Shown here: positions 37,747 to 48,020 of the stretch, in pieces | Position numbering within the stretch: the first letter of the stretch is position 1 | How the letters are laid out: every line of letters begins with the position of its first letter | Virus record (IMG/VR): IMGVR_UViG_3300042691_023467 | Reading direction: 5' to 3' (one strand) | Length of the DNA: 64,000 nt | Origin: an uncultured virus (IMG/VR IMGVR_UViG_3300042691_023467) | Lineage: Duplodnaviria > Heunggongvirae > Uroviricota > Caudoviricetes | Translations under genes and position numbers: made by a program | Notes under the pieces: generated by a model | What the model saw: the letters and a program-made list of their open reading frames with translations, nothing else | Told to the model about the DNA's origin: nothing | Database searches by the model: none

Positions 37747-38359
37747 CACATATTTAAAATTTTCTAGATATGGTAAACCATATCAATATAGAAAGAATTT
37801 TGATAATTTATCAGACGGCGTAATTTTAAATCTTAAAAAGCTAGAAACTTTTTTTTCTAAATATCCTCATATAAACATACAAAACTTTTTTGAAGCACCC
37901 ATTTCTATATATCCAGATAATCCATATCCAAACTTGGATTATTTTAATACAAGAGTTGCGATAAGAGTATATTCGTTATTTAATAAAAAGAAAGAAAACG
38001 AAAATCCAGAAAATCAAATTGATTCTATAAAAGAAAGTTTTTCTTTTATTGGAATGTTTTGTATTAAAAATAAAATACAGCTAGATGATTATCTAAAACA
38101 TAAAACGGGTGTAATACCAAGTTGGATGGATCACTATAGACAAAGAAAAATAAACCCATACTCGCTAATGGAAATTGGAGATATTATCAAAACTTTGGAT
38201 GACACCCCAAGCGATATAGTAGATATATTTTCAGAAAATTTTAATAATAAAATAATAACATTTAAAGTTAGATATAATAACTCTAACAAAACTATAGCTT
38301 TAGTTAAACAAGCAACAAACAAAATTAGAGATTTTGTAAAAAAAGAGTTGCAAAAGTAA
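37709..38359 (+). CDS. Hypothetical protein, possibly gp59-like helicase loader
   Basis: 216 aa, basic and helical, IYNTYL start; immediately upstream of gp32 as in T4. Sequence similarity is weak. Confidence 0.4.
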   Translation: MEEITESSKRIYNTYLKFSRYGKPYQYRKNFDNLSDGVILNLKKLETFFSKYPHINIQNFFEAPISIYPDNPYPNLDYFNTRVAIRVYSLFNKKKENENPENQIDSIKESFSFIGMFCIKNKIQLDDYLKHKTGVIPSWMDHYRQRKINPYSLMEIGDIIKTLDDTPSDIVDIFSENFNNKIITFKVRYNNSNKTIALVKQATNKIRDFVKKELQK

Positions 38360-38376
38360 AAAACCTGTAATAATAT
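38348..38376 (+). promoter_or_regulatory. sigma70-like promoter for gp32
   Basis: TTGCAA-N17-TAATAT, 10 nt before ATG 38387. Confidence 0.55.
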
Positions 38377-38386
38377 TAAGTCTGAT

Positions 38387-39235
38387 ATGAGCAAATACAC
38401 ATCAAATCTATTCGAATCGTTGAAAGAAACGTTAAGCGCAAAAACAAAAACAGATTCATCCTTCAAGGATTTCTTGAAGTGTGAACCGGACAAAACTTAC
38501 ATTGTAAGACTTCTTCCAAACTTGGAAGATAATTCAAAAACAAGATTTCACTACTGGCAGCATATTTTCGACAGTTGTGTAACTGGAAAGAAGATTTCTA
38601 TTCTTTGTCCAAACACATACGGAGAAAAGTGTCCGATTGATGAATATCGTTCAAAGGTTTGGGCTTCAAAGAATGAAAAGCTTATTGAGCAATCCAAGCC
38701 ATTGAGAAAAACTGAAAAGTGGCTTTATAACGCATATGTTATTAGCGATCCATCAAATCCAGAAAATAACGGTCAAGTTAAGATTTTGAATGCTGGTGTA
38801 CAGCTTCAAAAGATTATTCAAAGCGCGATTGACGGAGATGATTCTCAAGAGTTTGGTTTCAAGATCTTTGATCTTTCTGAAAATGGTTGCAACCTTAGAA
38901 TCAAGGTAGAGAAGAATGAAGGTGGTTATCCATCATACGTAAGTTCTAGATTCATGTCTCCGTCGAAGATTGAAGGAATTGATGATACAGATTCCGTTTA
39001 TGATTCGGTCAAGAGTCTTGACTCTATTTTCCAAAGAAAGACTTACGAAGAAATCAAGAAGTTAATGGATGTACATTTCTTCGGTAAAGATGAAGAAAAG
39101 AATGAAGCTCCAGTTAATGATATCGAAGAGGAAGAAGAAAGCTTTTCTCCAAGTGTATCATCTACGGAAAATGATTCAGACTCTTCATTAACAGACGAAG
39201 AAAAGAAGATGCAGGATATTCTAAAGGATCTATAA
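38387..39235 (+). CDS. gp32: Single-stranded DNA-binding protein (gp32-like)
   Basis: VRLLP, H.F, CPNTYGEKCPI, YVISDPSNPENNGQVK, FDLSENGCN..IK, YPSY.SS.F, acidic C-tail. Confidence 0.93.
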   Translation: MSKYTSNLFESLKETLSAKTKTDSSFKDFLKCEPDKTYIVRLLPNLEDNSKTRFHYWQHIFDSCVTGKKISILCPNTYGEKCPIDEYRSKVWASKNEKLIEQSKPLRKTEKWLYNAYVISDPSNPENNGQVKILNAGVQLQKIIQSAIDGDDSQEFGFKIFDLSENGCNLRIKVEKNEGGYPSYVSSRFMSPSKIEGIDDTDSVYDSVKSLDSIFQRKTYEEIKKLMDVHFFGKDEEKNEAPVNDIEEEEESFSPSVSSTENDSDSSLTDEEKKMQDILKDL

Positions 39236-39238
39236 AAT

Positions 39239-39631
39239 ATGGATGAAAGTAAAGAAGACGCACTACAAGCTGCACTTTTAGCAAAATTTGTAAGCAGTTC
39301 TTTAAATAAGATCGATTCATTAGCAGTCGATCCTAGATCCAGAGCGAATAGATTAGATGTGAATCAGTTTGTATCAAAGGTTGTTAATAACAACCAAGGT
39401 CAACAGTATAATCAACAGAACATGGGGCAGCCGCCGATCCCGAGGGGGTTTGCGGCTCCACCACCAGAAGATGTAATAAGGCAGATGGTTCCTGATGTAC
39501 CTAGACATCAGCCGCCACCTCCACAACAAACTTCTACACAATCTATACCAAATTCATCTAATATCGAATCTATATTATCTAATATCGATAAAAATTTGGA
39601 AACATTAGTTAAGTTTATTAAAAATGGTTAA
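39239..39631 (+). CDS. Hypothetical protein (Gln/Pro-rich centre, C-terminal amphipathic helix)
   Basis: 130-aa ORF between gp32 and gp45. Confidence 0.6.
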   Translation: MDESKEDALQAALLAKFVSSSLNKIDSLAVDPRSRANRLDVNQFVSKVVNNNQGQQYNQQNMGQPPIPRGFAAPPPEDVIRQMVPDVPRHQPPPPQQTSTQSIPNSSNIESILSNIDKNLETLVKFIKNG

Positions 39632-40382
39632 TTCGTTATTACCAATTCCAAAAACATCTTTAGAAAAGTTTTTAAAACCTATTAATAGAGCAACAGACTC
39701 TTGCATTTTAAAAACAAAAGAAAACTTATTATATAGTATTTGTACATCTGAAGATAAGTCTGTTATTCTTTATGCTAAATGCGACTTACCATTAGTCATA
39801 GAAAATGAGGTTAAACTTAATCTTATTAGTATTAAAAAATTCTTAAATGGCTTAGATTGCTTAGGAGATAACGGAACATTTAAAATGTTCTTGAATAAGA
39901 ATCATATTAGATGTCAAATGGAAAACGAATCTGATTCTGAAAATACATTTTTTAAGTATCATTTGGTTGATGATGGTATTATTACAGAATCTACAGTTAA
40001 TGTAGAAACAATATCAAAATTAAATTTTGATAACGAATTTGAAATTTCGACTCAAAAGCTTAAACAAATAATGTCAGCTTATACCTTTGTAACTGATGCA
40101 TCTAAAATTTATTTTTATTCTAAAGATAAAAAAGTTCACGCAGATATTGATGATAAAACAATGTCAAACGTTGATAATATGAGTTTTGTAGTTTCCAATA
40201 CATTAGCTGGTAATGATATTTTAGACCCAATACCTCTTAAACTAGAAGTATTTAAAAGCTTAATAACAAGCAAACTACCGATAAAAGTAAAAATCAATAA
40301 AGAATACAAAGTATTAGTCTTTCAAACAAAAGAAAATGACGATGTTGAATTAAAATATATCGTATCAGCTCTTGTTAAATAA
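39624..40382 (+). CDS. gp45: DNA sliding clamp (gp45/PCNA-like)
   Basis: 252 aa; two-domain alternating beta/alpha pattern (ILYAK, LNLISIKKFL, FEIST..LKQI, LKYIVSAL); replication context. Confidence 0.7.
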   Translation: MVNSLLPIPKTSLEKFLKPINRATDSCILKTKENLLYSICTSEDKSVILYAKCDLPLVIENEVKLNLISIKKFLNGLDCLGDNGTFKMFLNKNHIRCQMENESDSENTFFKYHLVDDGIITESTVNVETISKLNFDNEFEISTQKLKQIMSAYTFVTDASKIYFYSKDKKVHADIDDKTMSNVDNMSFVVSNTLAGNDILDPIPLKLEVFKSLITSKLPIKVKINKEYKVLVFQTKENDDVELKYIVSALVK

Positions 40383-40406
40383 ATTACATTTTATAAATTA
40401 TAATAT

Positions 40407-40730
40407 ATGGCAATTAACAAAATCACAACAGTTAGTTATTTTGTAAAAAGAATGAAAGATTCTGGATACGTAACTGAAAAACTATTCACTAATTATTCAA
40501 AATCGGATGCAAGATCTTGGACTGTTGTAATAGATCCGGGAAATACATCTGTTTTTATAACATGTTTTAATAATCATAATTTTTTTGGTGAAGAATATTT
40601 CACTTTATATGATGGAGGACAATACATACCAGAAAATTTTAAGTTAAAAACAAGTTCCATAGAAGTTGTAATTGAATACCTTTCAAAATTCAATATCACT
40701 AATAAGTATTCGAAATACGGAAGCAACTAA
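40407..40730 (+). CDS. Hypothetical protein
   Basis: 107-aa well-formed ORF. Confidence 0.65.
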   Translation: MAINKITTVSYFVKRMKDSGYVTEKLFTNYSKSDARSWTVVIDPGNTSVFITCFNNHNFFGEEYFTLYDGGQYIPENFKLKTSSIEVVIEYLSKFNITNKYSKYGSN

Positions 40731-41117
40731 ATGGAACCCAAAAGAAAAAGAAAAAATTCAAAAACAACATCAAGCCCTCAATTATCTTCCGATGAAGTTT
40801 TTGTTAAAAATAAAGAAGTTTCTTTAAACGATACTGAATCAAAAATTTTTGAACAGATAAATCATTTAGAACTTCAAAAAAGTCTTTTTCAATGGGAGAA
40901 ACAATTAAGACAAAAACAACAAGTTAATAGAAGAGATTTATCAATTTTAAAAGATACGATAAGTGAATATATGGGGTCTTTCTTGTTATTTGGTTATAAT
41001 TTAGAAGATGATAGAGTTATCATTCAAAAATTTGAAACTGCTAGAGATAGAGATGCAATAATGGAATTTTTAAAGAATGTTTTTGTTAAACAACAAATGG
41101 AAGGATTTTTAGACTAA
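40731..41117 (+). CDS. Hypothetical protein
   Basis: 128-aa ORF abutting both neighbours. Confidence 0.6.
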   Translation: MEPKRKRKNSKTTSSPQLSSDEVFVKNKEVSLNDTESKIFEQINHLELQKSLFQWEKQLRQKQQVNRRDLSILKDTISEYMGSFLLFGYNLEDDRVIIQKFETARDRDAIMEFLKNVFVKQQMEGFLD

Positions 41118-42316
41118 TGGACGTAATTGAAGAATTTTGTAAAAATAAATTAATAAATACATCTTTATTTAGGGATTCATCTGCTAAATTTTTGGATCCC
41201 AATTTTGATGTTAAATCTTTTTTATGTGAAGTTTTAAAATTAGTAGACATTCCTAATATAAGTCCAATTTTATCAGAACAAGAAATAAACTATTATCCAC
41301 AAAGAACAGATTTTTCCGGTCTATCCTCAGTAGGAGATCCTCGCGTTTCTCTTGGTTTATCAATATCGGCTGGATACACTAATTTCATGCCGAGAAATAT
41401 AGTATATGCGGAAACATATAAATATGGTGGTGCGAGAGTAATAAACAATTATATTTGCGATAAAGACGGAAATCCAATAAAAATTCAAACATCAACCAGT
41501 TTAGAATCTAAACCACAAGAAGAAAAACTATTAGATGTAAAATCTATTTTAGAGCAACCAGAGGTTGCAAATTTATACCCTCATTATGATTTTAGTAAGA
41601 CTATATGTTTAGAACAACCAGAAATTAAAATAGCAAATTTAGATTCATCAATAGATGATATAGATCAACAAGATAATATAAACCCACCAGTTTTTACTCC
41701 CGGAAGTAATAAAGTTAATAATCTTTTTGTTTATGATTATTCTTTAGATTTATGTTTAAAAGATTTGGATTATGATATGTTGTTTGTACCAACAACACCA
41801 GATGAATATACAAACTTTACTAATGATTTTATTAAATTTGGTAGAAATCAACATTCTTTATATTTTATAGAGTTTCTTAAAAAGTTTTTCTTAAACAGAG
41901 GTTGGACATTATCATTTAATAAAATAACAAATCCTCCAATTTTTTATATTAAATTAACTAAAAAATCTGGATCAACAGATTTTACTTCTTTATTGGGAAG
42001 TAATGGATATAGTTATACTTCAACAGTAAAACATATGTATTTTAAATACTGGGAGGATCAAATGAGTTTTATTTCTGAAAAATTAAACATACAAAATATT
42101 TCTGTTAATATCTCAAGCACTGGTTTAAATCCATCAAGTAATGCTATGATGAGAGCTATAACAGATCAATATCCAGATTATAAGAGAATAATGAAAGATC
42201 CATTATTACAAAAACTATTTTATCAATACGCAAAAGTTAAATATACTGAAATTCCACAGTATGAAAATTCTGCTACAAAATTAGCGTCTCCTATAAAAAA
42301 ACTTTTTGTAGTTTAA
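41117..42316 (+). CDS. Hypothetical protein
   Basis: 399-aa ORF with no recognised motif. Confidence 0.6.
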   Translation: MDVIEEFCKNKLINTSLFRDSSAKFLDPNFDVKSFLCEVLKLVDIPNISPILSEQEINYYPQRTDFSGLSSVGDPRVSLGLSISAGYTNFMPRNIVYAETYKYGGARVINNYICDKDGNPIKIQTSTSLESKPQEEKLLDVKSILEQPEVANLYPHYDFSKTICLEQPEIKIANLDSSIDDIDQQDNINPPVFTPGSNKVNNLFVYDYSLDLCLKDLDYDMLFVPTTPDEYTNFTNDFIKFGRNQHSLYFIEFLKKFFLNRGWTLSFNKITNPPIFYIKLTKKSGSTDFTSLLGSNGYSYTSTVKHMYFKYWEDQMSFISEKLNIQNISVNISSTGLNPSSNAMMRAITDQYPDYKRIMKDPLLQKLFYQYAKVKYTEIPQYENSATKLASPIKKLFVV

Positions 42317-44406
42317 TCACAGTCTGGAAGTTTAAACTCTGGAATTGGATTTGTAGTTCCGTCTGAATTATAAGAAACATTCACTCCATTTTCTGTAGTA
42401 TCTATATAATCCTTTCCTCCGAAAGCATCAATAGAGTTAATTCCATATGCTCTATTTCTTCTCAACTTGGCAGAGTTTACTCTTCCTGCATTTCCGAATG
42501 GTCCACCGCCTCCACCGCACGGTCCTAAGTCTCCTGCGTTTTTATGTCCGGGTTCTGATCCCATTCCAGTAGTTTGAGCTGGAGTTGGAATGCTTGATGC
42601 TGGTTGCCTTGCTGCTATTGATGCCGCAGCATTTCCATGAGTAACGCATTTAGGCGTGGTATATCCATGAGAATGAGGATCTCCGGGGGATCCGTGATTG
42701 TGAGTATAAGTGTAAACAGGAATCATAGCCGGTAAAACATAGCCAGTAACAGCACCACCATAAGTACAAGTTCCAAAAACGAATAAAGGCATATATGTAT
42801 AATAATCATATACCATTGCAAATCCAGTTGGTAAAAATGTATTATCCACAACCATTGATATTTGAGCGGTAGAATATGTTTCTTCAATTTTAGTTTTTAA
42901 ATAATCCGGAGTTAAAACTAAACCCATTAATGTCGCCGCTATATCGCGCATTACTTTATAAATTTTATCAAAAATATCTGTCTTGGTTGCGTCGGGTTTT
43001 ACTGGGTTATTCCAATTTGCAGCGGAATGAACATTATGAGCAGAGCTTGATACTTCACTATCAATTCTTTCTCCGGGTACTGTTAAATGGGGGGCATAGA
43101 TTCCACCATCCATCATTAACGATCCCTTTAAAGCTATATCACCCTGAACGCTTAATTTACCACCAACATAAACTCTATCGGAATCTAAAATTATAGCATC
43201 TCCATTTGGATTACCTTTTGATTGTAAAACGATATTAGCTCCACCTATTATAGTTTTATTTGGAGAGTTTAAAAGTAATTCACCTTTAGATGTTGTAACT
43301 TCAACTACGGAACCACTTATTTTTTGTTTTCCAGAAGTAGCTACGTCTATTCCACCAGAACCTACTTTTAATTGATAACTATGTGAAACGGTTTTTTGTT
43401 CATTTCCACTGGTTTGAACTGAAGGTTGATATATAGCAGCTTTGCAAGTTCCTTTAGAAGAAGGTATAAAACAATATTTTGGATTTCCGTCAGTAAGTTC
43501 TGTTATTAATGGATTTGGATCTGAAAGAGCAACAGTTTCACATTCTCTCATCGGACCTCCAACATGAACTTTTATATCATTTGGTATTGTTTCTGTTAAA
43601 CTTCCATCAGATGCTAATTTTTCAAGTTTTTCTATTTCTTTTTTATTTTGTTCAAATTGCTCCGATACTTTTTCATTGGCTTTTTGTATGGCATGAATTG
43701 GAGAAGCAATAGAATTATTTTTACATCCACTACAACCACAAGACCCACCATTCAATGCAGACACCGGCATAAAATCTAAAAAGAATGCGATAACTGCTTT
43801 TAAAATTTTTTCTACTTTATCTATAAATCCACCAAGAGGAGAATTAGGTAAAAAATTAAAAATTTTTCTTAAATATTTTGATGCGGTAGCAAATGTTCTG
43901 GCGGCTCTATCAACTGCCATTTCTTGAGCGCAAATAGGACATTCTATTCTATCTCCTTTTCCAGCATTTGATTCAATTTCTTTTACACCCGCATTACTAA
44001 TTTCATCTGCTATTTTTGCTAGTTTCTCTGCTGCTTCGCGTTGCTCTTTCCCTTGACGACCTATTTGTATTGTTCTGTTTCCTTGTATGTATTCATGTTT
44101 ATCACCATGAAAATGATATTGAGCATCACCTTGTACGAATTGATAAAAATCTTTACCAGAGTAAAATCCCATATCAGTAGAAGATTGTTCTATCAACTTT
44201 CCTTCTGACATATGAATATAAGTTCCAAACTTATCTTGTAGTTGTATAAAAGATCTATCAACAGGTATTGCGGAACCGTTAGGATCTTTTTCTATTTTAG
44301 TTTGAAAATATAAAGCACCAGCTTCATTACCTAAACGACTTGCTTCTACTGATTTATCGTTATTTACAATAGGAGGTTCAGAATTATTTGTTTTTTGTGA
44401 TGCCAT
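42313..44406 (-). CDS. Putative baseplate central spike (gp5 C-terminal / beta-helix-like)
   Basis: G.YIHM.EG then V.GD....GD....GN beta-helix-like repeats; VGGKLSVQGD; His motifs THNH...HSH; follows the gp5 OB-fold gene. Confidence 0.6.
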   Translation of the reverse strand: MASQKTNNSEPPIVNNDKSVEASRLGNEAGALYFQTKIEKDPNGSAIPVDRSFIQLQDKFGTYIHMSEGKLIEQSSTDMGFYSGKDFYQFVQGDAQYHFHGDKHEYIQGNRTIQIGRQGKEQREAAEKLAKIADEISNAGVKEIESNAGKGDRIECPICAQEMAVDRAARTFATASKYLRKIFNFLPNSPLGGFIDKVEKILKAVIAFFLDFMPVSALNGGSCGCSGCKNNSIASPIHAIQKANEKVSEQFEQNKKEIEKLEKLASDGSLTETIPNDIKVHVGGPMRECETVALSDPNPLITELTDGNPKYCFIPSSKGTCKAAIYQPSVQTSGNEQKTVSHSYQLKVGSGGIDVATSGKQKISGSVVEVTTSKGELLLNSPNKTIIGGANIVLQSKGNPNGDAIILDSDRVYVGGKLSVQGDIALKGSLMMDGGIYAPHLTVPGERIDSEVSSSAHNVHSAANWNNPVKPDATKTDIFDKIYKVMRDIAATLMGLVLTPDYLKTKIEETYSTAQISMVVDNTFLPTGFAMVYDYYTYMPLFVFGTCTYGGAVTGYVLPAMIPVYTYTHNHGSPGDPHSHGYTTPKCVTHGNAAASIAARQPASSIPTPAQTTGMGSEPGHKNAGDLGPCGGGGGPFGNAGRVNSAKLRRNRAYGINSIDAFGGKDYIDTTENGVNVSYNSDGTTNPIPEFKLPDCD

Positions 44407-44438
44407 AATGTTACTTATTAATGTTTTATAAAATTCAA

Positions 44439-46247
44439 TTATGATGACCTAACATTTGAAGGTTCTTGATATGAACCAACTACAATTGGTTTTAATGGGT
44501 TTCCATCTAAAAACATTACATATGCTTTAGATCCAACTTGAGGAATACTAAACATACCCATAGCAGTTCCCGCGCCTCCAATTTTAGCTACACCATTTCC
44601 CGCGTTTTGAAACATATCAGTTGGTTTCATTATATTATTATGTTGTTGACTTGGAGATTGTTCAATAGACGCTAATTCTCCTTCTCCTAATTGAGAAAAT
44701 GTTTGATTTGCTTGTTTGGCATATGATATTCTATTTTCCATTTGTGGGTTTCCGGGTCTTAAGTATCCCCATCCAGTTGTAGGATTTAATGTCTGCCCGC
44801 TAAATAATTGAGCCGCTTCTTCTACGCTATTAGCATTAGCTATAGTTGATAATCCTTTCCAAGATGGACCACCACTAGAAGGTCTTCCGTTTAGAAAATC
44901 TGGATCATTAAATAATGCTTCTATTTGTGTTTGTACGGAAATTCCATTATTAATATTTTCTTTTTTAACATTTTTAGCATAATTACGCATTCTTTCTAAA
45001 TGAACACCTTGTTCTCCTAATAACCCATAACCCCTACCTCCATCATGAGTTAAATTTGGATTAAACGAAGATTCTTGTTTTATATTACCAACAATAGCCC
45101 CAGCTACAACACTAGCTTGTTTGGGCGTTAAATTTCTTTTAATAGATTCATTATAAGCTGTTCTATATGCAATTGCAGCATTATTTGCTTGGTCGTTTGA
45201 TAATTTTAAATCTTTTTTAACTAAAGAAATTACACTAGTTTCAGATTTACTAACCTCCGCAGCTTTATTATTCATTCCGTCTTTTTTTGGAAATTCTTGT
45301 TTAGTTGCTGTTCCGTCTTGAGCGATTGCAGAACCGGAAAATGCTGGTACGTTATTGTTATTTAAATTATTAGCAGTTTGAAACCCATTTCCAGTTATTC
45401 CAGTTTCTACCGGTTCAAAATGCCATTGTTCCTTATTTACTGGAGTATGAAGACCCCATTTTTGTTTTAAAACTTGTAGTTCTGGTGGTGTTTTATTATC
45501 TTTATCCAGAGCAGTATCTATTCGCATTATATCAACGAAACCAAATTTTCCATTTCCTATTATTTTAATATCGGCAGCTATTCCAAATCCATGATTTGAT
45601 TTATATGGTGGTGCTGTACCCCTTCCATTATTTTGTTTATATAGAGTTGCTTGATCGGTTCCGGTGCTTCCTATTGCATTTTTTTCTGTCATGGTAGGCG
45701 CTCTGAATCCAGAACTTATAGTGACATCATAGCCAGCAGATTTTAATTCATTAGCAAACCCAGCAATTCTTTGAGAAAAAGTAGAATTAAGATTTTTTAC
45801 ATCTACCCCTACATTAACATTTTGCCCATTATAATAAGAAGCAGAATTTCCACCATTACTGTTTTTAACGATAGCATTTAAATCATAATTATTTTTACCA
45901 ACAGGAAAAGACGTGGATGGTGCGATACCACCAGTAGAACCATAAGTCATGAAAGTAGGTGCGGGAGTAGGAGTATATGTGCTTTGATTTACCGGAGCAC
46001 CAGTTCCTCCACCAAAAAATGGCATAGCCATTTCCGACCAAGGTAATACGTCAGTTAATCTAGAAATAATATCAGGAGTAAAAACAGAAGATTCAAAAGA
46101 TTTAAATTTAATATCTTCACCCGATTCGTTCCATCCTTTATATAAAGTATTTGTTAAATGCGGTATAAAAACCTGAACTCTTCCTCTATTTTCCAAGTCT
46201 TGGTTATTAACAACAATTCCAACATAAATGTTATTTAACTTATACAT
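44439..46247 (-). CDS. gp5: gp5-like baseplate hub protein: OB fold with inserted M15-type peptidase and tail lysozyme domains
   Basis: YVGIVVNNQD.ENRGRVQVFIP...LPW at the N-end and FSIPQVGS.AYVMFLDGNP.KPIVVG at the C-end; SGFR..SNHGFGIAAD..EQWH; GNIKQES.FNP..GYGL. Confidence 0.8.
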   Translation of the reverse strand: MYKLNNIYVGIVVNNQDLENRGRVQVFIPHLTNTLYKGWNESGEDIKFKSFESSVFTPDIISRLTDVLPWSEMAMPFFGGGTGAPVNQSTYTPTPAPTFMTYGSTGGIAPSTSFPVGKNNYDLNAIVKNSNGGNSASYYNGQNVNVGVDVKNLNSTFSQRIAGFANELKSAGYDVTISSGFRAPTMTEKNAIGSTGTDQATLYKQNNGRGTAPPYKSNHGFGIAADIKIIGNGKFGFVDIMRIDTALDKDNKTPPELQVLKQKWGLHTPVNKEQWHFEPVETGITGNGFQTANNLNNNNVPAFSGSAIAQDGTATKQEFPKKDGMNNKAAEVSKSETSVISLVKKDLKLSNDQANNAAIAYRTAYNESIKRNLTPKQASVVAGAIVGNIKQESSFNPNLTHDGGRGYGLLGEQGVHLERMRNYAKNVKKENINNGISVQTQIEALFNDPDFLNGRPSSGGPSWKGLSTIANANSVEEAAQLFSGQTLNPTTGWGYLRPGNPQMENRISYAKQANQTFSQLGEGELASIEQSPSQQHNNIMKPTDMFQNAGNGVAKIGGAGTAMGMFSIPQVGSKAYVMFLDGNPLKPIVVGSYQEPSNVRSS

Positions 46248-46255
46248 AAATTATT

Positions 46256-47962
46256 TTATGTTTTTTCTACTCCATCACTATCTTGTGGTTTTTTATTTGA
46301 ATTAAAAACACCTTTAATCGATTCTCCCAATTTATTAATTCCAGAACCAACAGATCCGGTTATTTTTGATATGTCTGATTTTACAGTTCCTCCAAGAGTT
46401 GAAACATCAGAAGATATATTTTTAAAATCTTCTTGAGTATTTCTTATTATATCGCCAAAATTTTTAGGGTTTCCGTATTTATCTTCTACACCTTGATCGG
46501 AATCAAACAAATTCTTATCCAAGAAATCATTAACTCCAGTTGGTAATGTAGATCCATCGGCACTATATCTATTCCAAATAGCACCTGCTTTACTCATTAC
46601 ATCTGCTAATGGACTTGCTTTAGATGCGTAATTCGATCCAAATTTTTCAGCCAAAGCTCCGACCACATCACCTTGTAGTGCAGTATTTATATACGATAAC
46701 CCAAAATTTGATAACGTATCGGATATAAATCCTTCTGGATCACTTCCTATTTGATCAACTTTATCAATTATATTTTTTACTTCTGGTGGTAAAAATGAAG
46801 CTAATGTATTAAACGGATTCTTTACAAAATTCGATGCGGTATTAACATAGGTTTGTATTGAATTTAAAACATTCAACATTGGACCTGTCATATTAAATAA
46901 TGAAGTAAAGAAATTTAAATCATCTAAAATACACTGCATAGTATCAAGTAATAAACAAATCAAGTCTAAAGGAATTATATCCTCTATCATTTTCATTAAT
47001 TGTTTTTGTATGTCTGCGATAATACCATTAACCCAAGCATAAACTTGTTTAATATATTTCGTCATTAACTTATAAAAATCATTCATCATTTTATTGAATG
47101 CTTTTACTACTCCATTTATTAATCTAACTGCTTTTTGAATAGAACCAAAAGCAGACTTAGGCATTGTTAAATATGCTCTTGTTCTTATCATGTTACAAAA
47201 TTTTTCTAATTTATTAACAGAACCCGGCCATATTTTTTCCATAGTGTTAGTAACTAAACTTGGAGTATATCTATTTGGACCGGTAATGGGGTTATTATCC
47301 ATCATATCACCACCAGCGGCCATGTTACCCATTTGTCCTACCTCTTCAAAACAACCTTTGGCAAAAGCAGGAGTCTTTTTTAATATATCAGACAATTGAG
47401 GTATTTTAATCATTCTTTGGAAGTCTTTAATAAAGTTATCATCTATTATATATTTTGGATTGTTTTCTCCTATAGATGCAGACAAAATGTTATTATCAAA
47501 CCCATAAACTAAAAGACAAAGTAAAAGATAATATTTGTTTACATTTAAACCGGTAAATTGATGTTTTATTCGAGCCAATTCACCACCGAAAAGATATGGC
47601 AAAAGATTTAAGTTTGTTTGCTTTTCTAATTTTTCTATTTCTCCTTTTATTTTAGCTAAATCTTCTTTTGAAGTTGCTACTCTTGGGTATGGTGTTGCAA
47701 ACTTAGTTTGATTTATTGGTCTTAATTTAGGTTCTTGCGCTGGTTTGGTTACTGTGGCGGGTTTAGGTTCTTGGGGAACAGTAACTACAGCTGATGGGGT
47801 TGTAGGAATAGCTGGCTTTGGTATGTTGATAATAACATCATCCGGATTATTAGATACTATTTTTGGTAAACTTGCGGCGGTTTTTTCCGATTCTTGTTGC
47901 ATGATACTTTTATCATACATCGGATTAATCATTCCCAATAAATTATTAAGATCACTAGCCAT
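46256..47962 (-). CDS. Hypothetical virion protein (helical)
   Basis: 568 aa, Pro-rich N-terminus, amphipathic helices; heads the gp5 operon. Confidence 0.55.
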   Translation of the reverse strand: MASDLNNLLGMINPMYDKSIMQQESEKTAASLPKIVSNNPDDVIINIPKPAIPTTPSAVVTVPQEPKPATVTKPAQEPKLRPINQTKFATPYPRVATSKEDLAKIKGEIEKLEKQTNLNLLPYLFGGELARIKHQFTGLNVNKYYLLLCLLVYGFDNNILSASIGENNPKYIIDDNFIKDFQRMIKIPQLSDILKKTPAFAKGCFEEVGQMGNMAAGGDMMDNNPITGPNRYTPSLVTNTMEKIWPGSVNKLEKFCNMIRTRAYLTMPKSAFGSIQKAVRLINGVVKAFNKMMNDFYKLMTKYIKQVYAWVNGIIADIQKQLMKMIEDIIPLDLICLLLDTMQCILDDLNFFTSLFNMTGPMLNVLNSIQTYVNTASNFVKNPFNTLASFLPPEVKNIIDKVDQIGSDPEGFISDTLSNFGLSYINTALQGDVVGALAEKFGSNYASKASPLADVMSKAGAIWNRYSADGSTLPTGVNDFLDKNLFDSDQGVEDKYGNPKNFGDIIRNTQEDFKNISSDVSTLGGTVKSDISKITGSVGSGINKLGESIKGVFNSNKKPQDSDGVEKT

Positions 47963-47983
47963 ATAAAAACTTACTCTTTTTTA

Positions 47984-48011
47984 TTGATTTTTAAAGGTAA
48001 TATACTAAGAT
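47984..48011 (+). promoter_or_regulatory. sigma70-like promoter
   Basis: TTGATT-N16-TAAGAT, 9 nt before ATG 48021. Confidence 0.45.
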
Positions 48012-48020
48012 AGTATCTTT

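Noticed and set aside
44407..44438. Frameshift or pseudogene explanation for the split gp5
   Set aside because: The upstream gene ends cleanly after completing the OB motif, and the downstream gene has its own ATG and late-promoter motif across a 32-bp gap.
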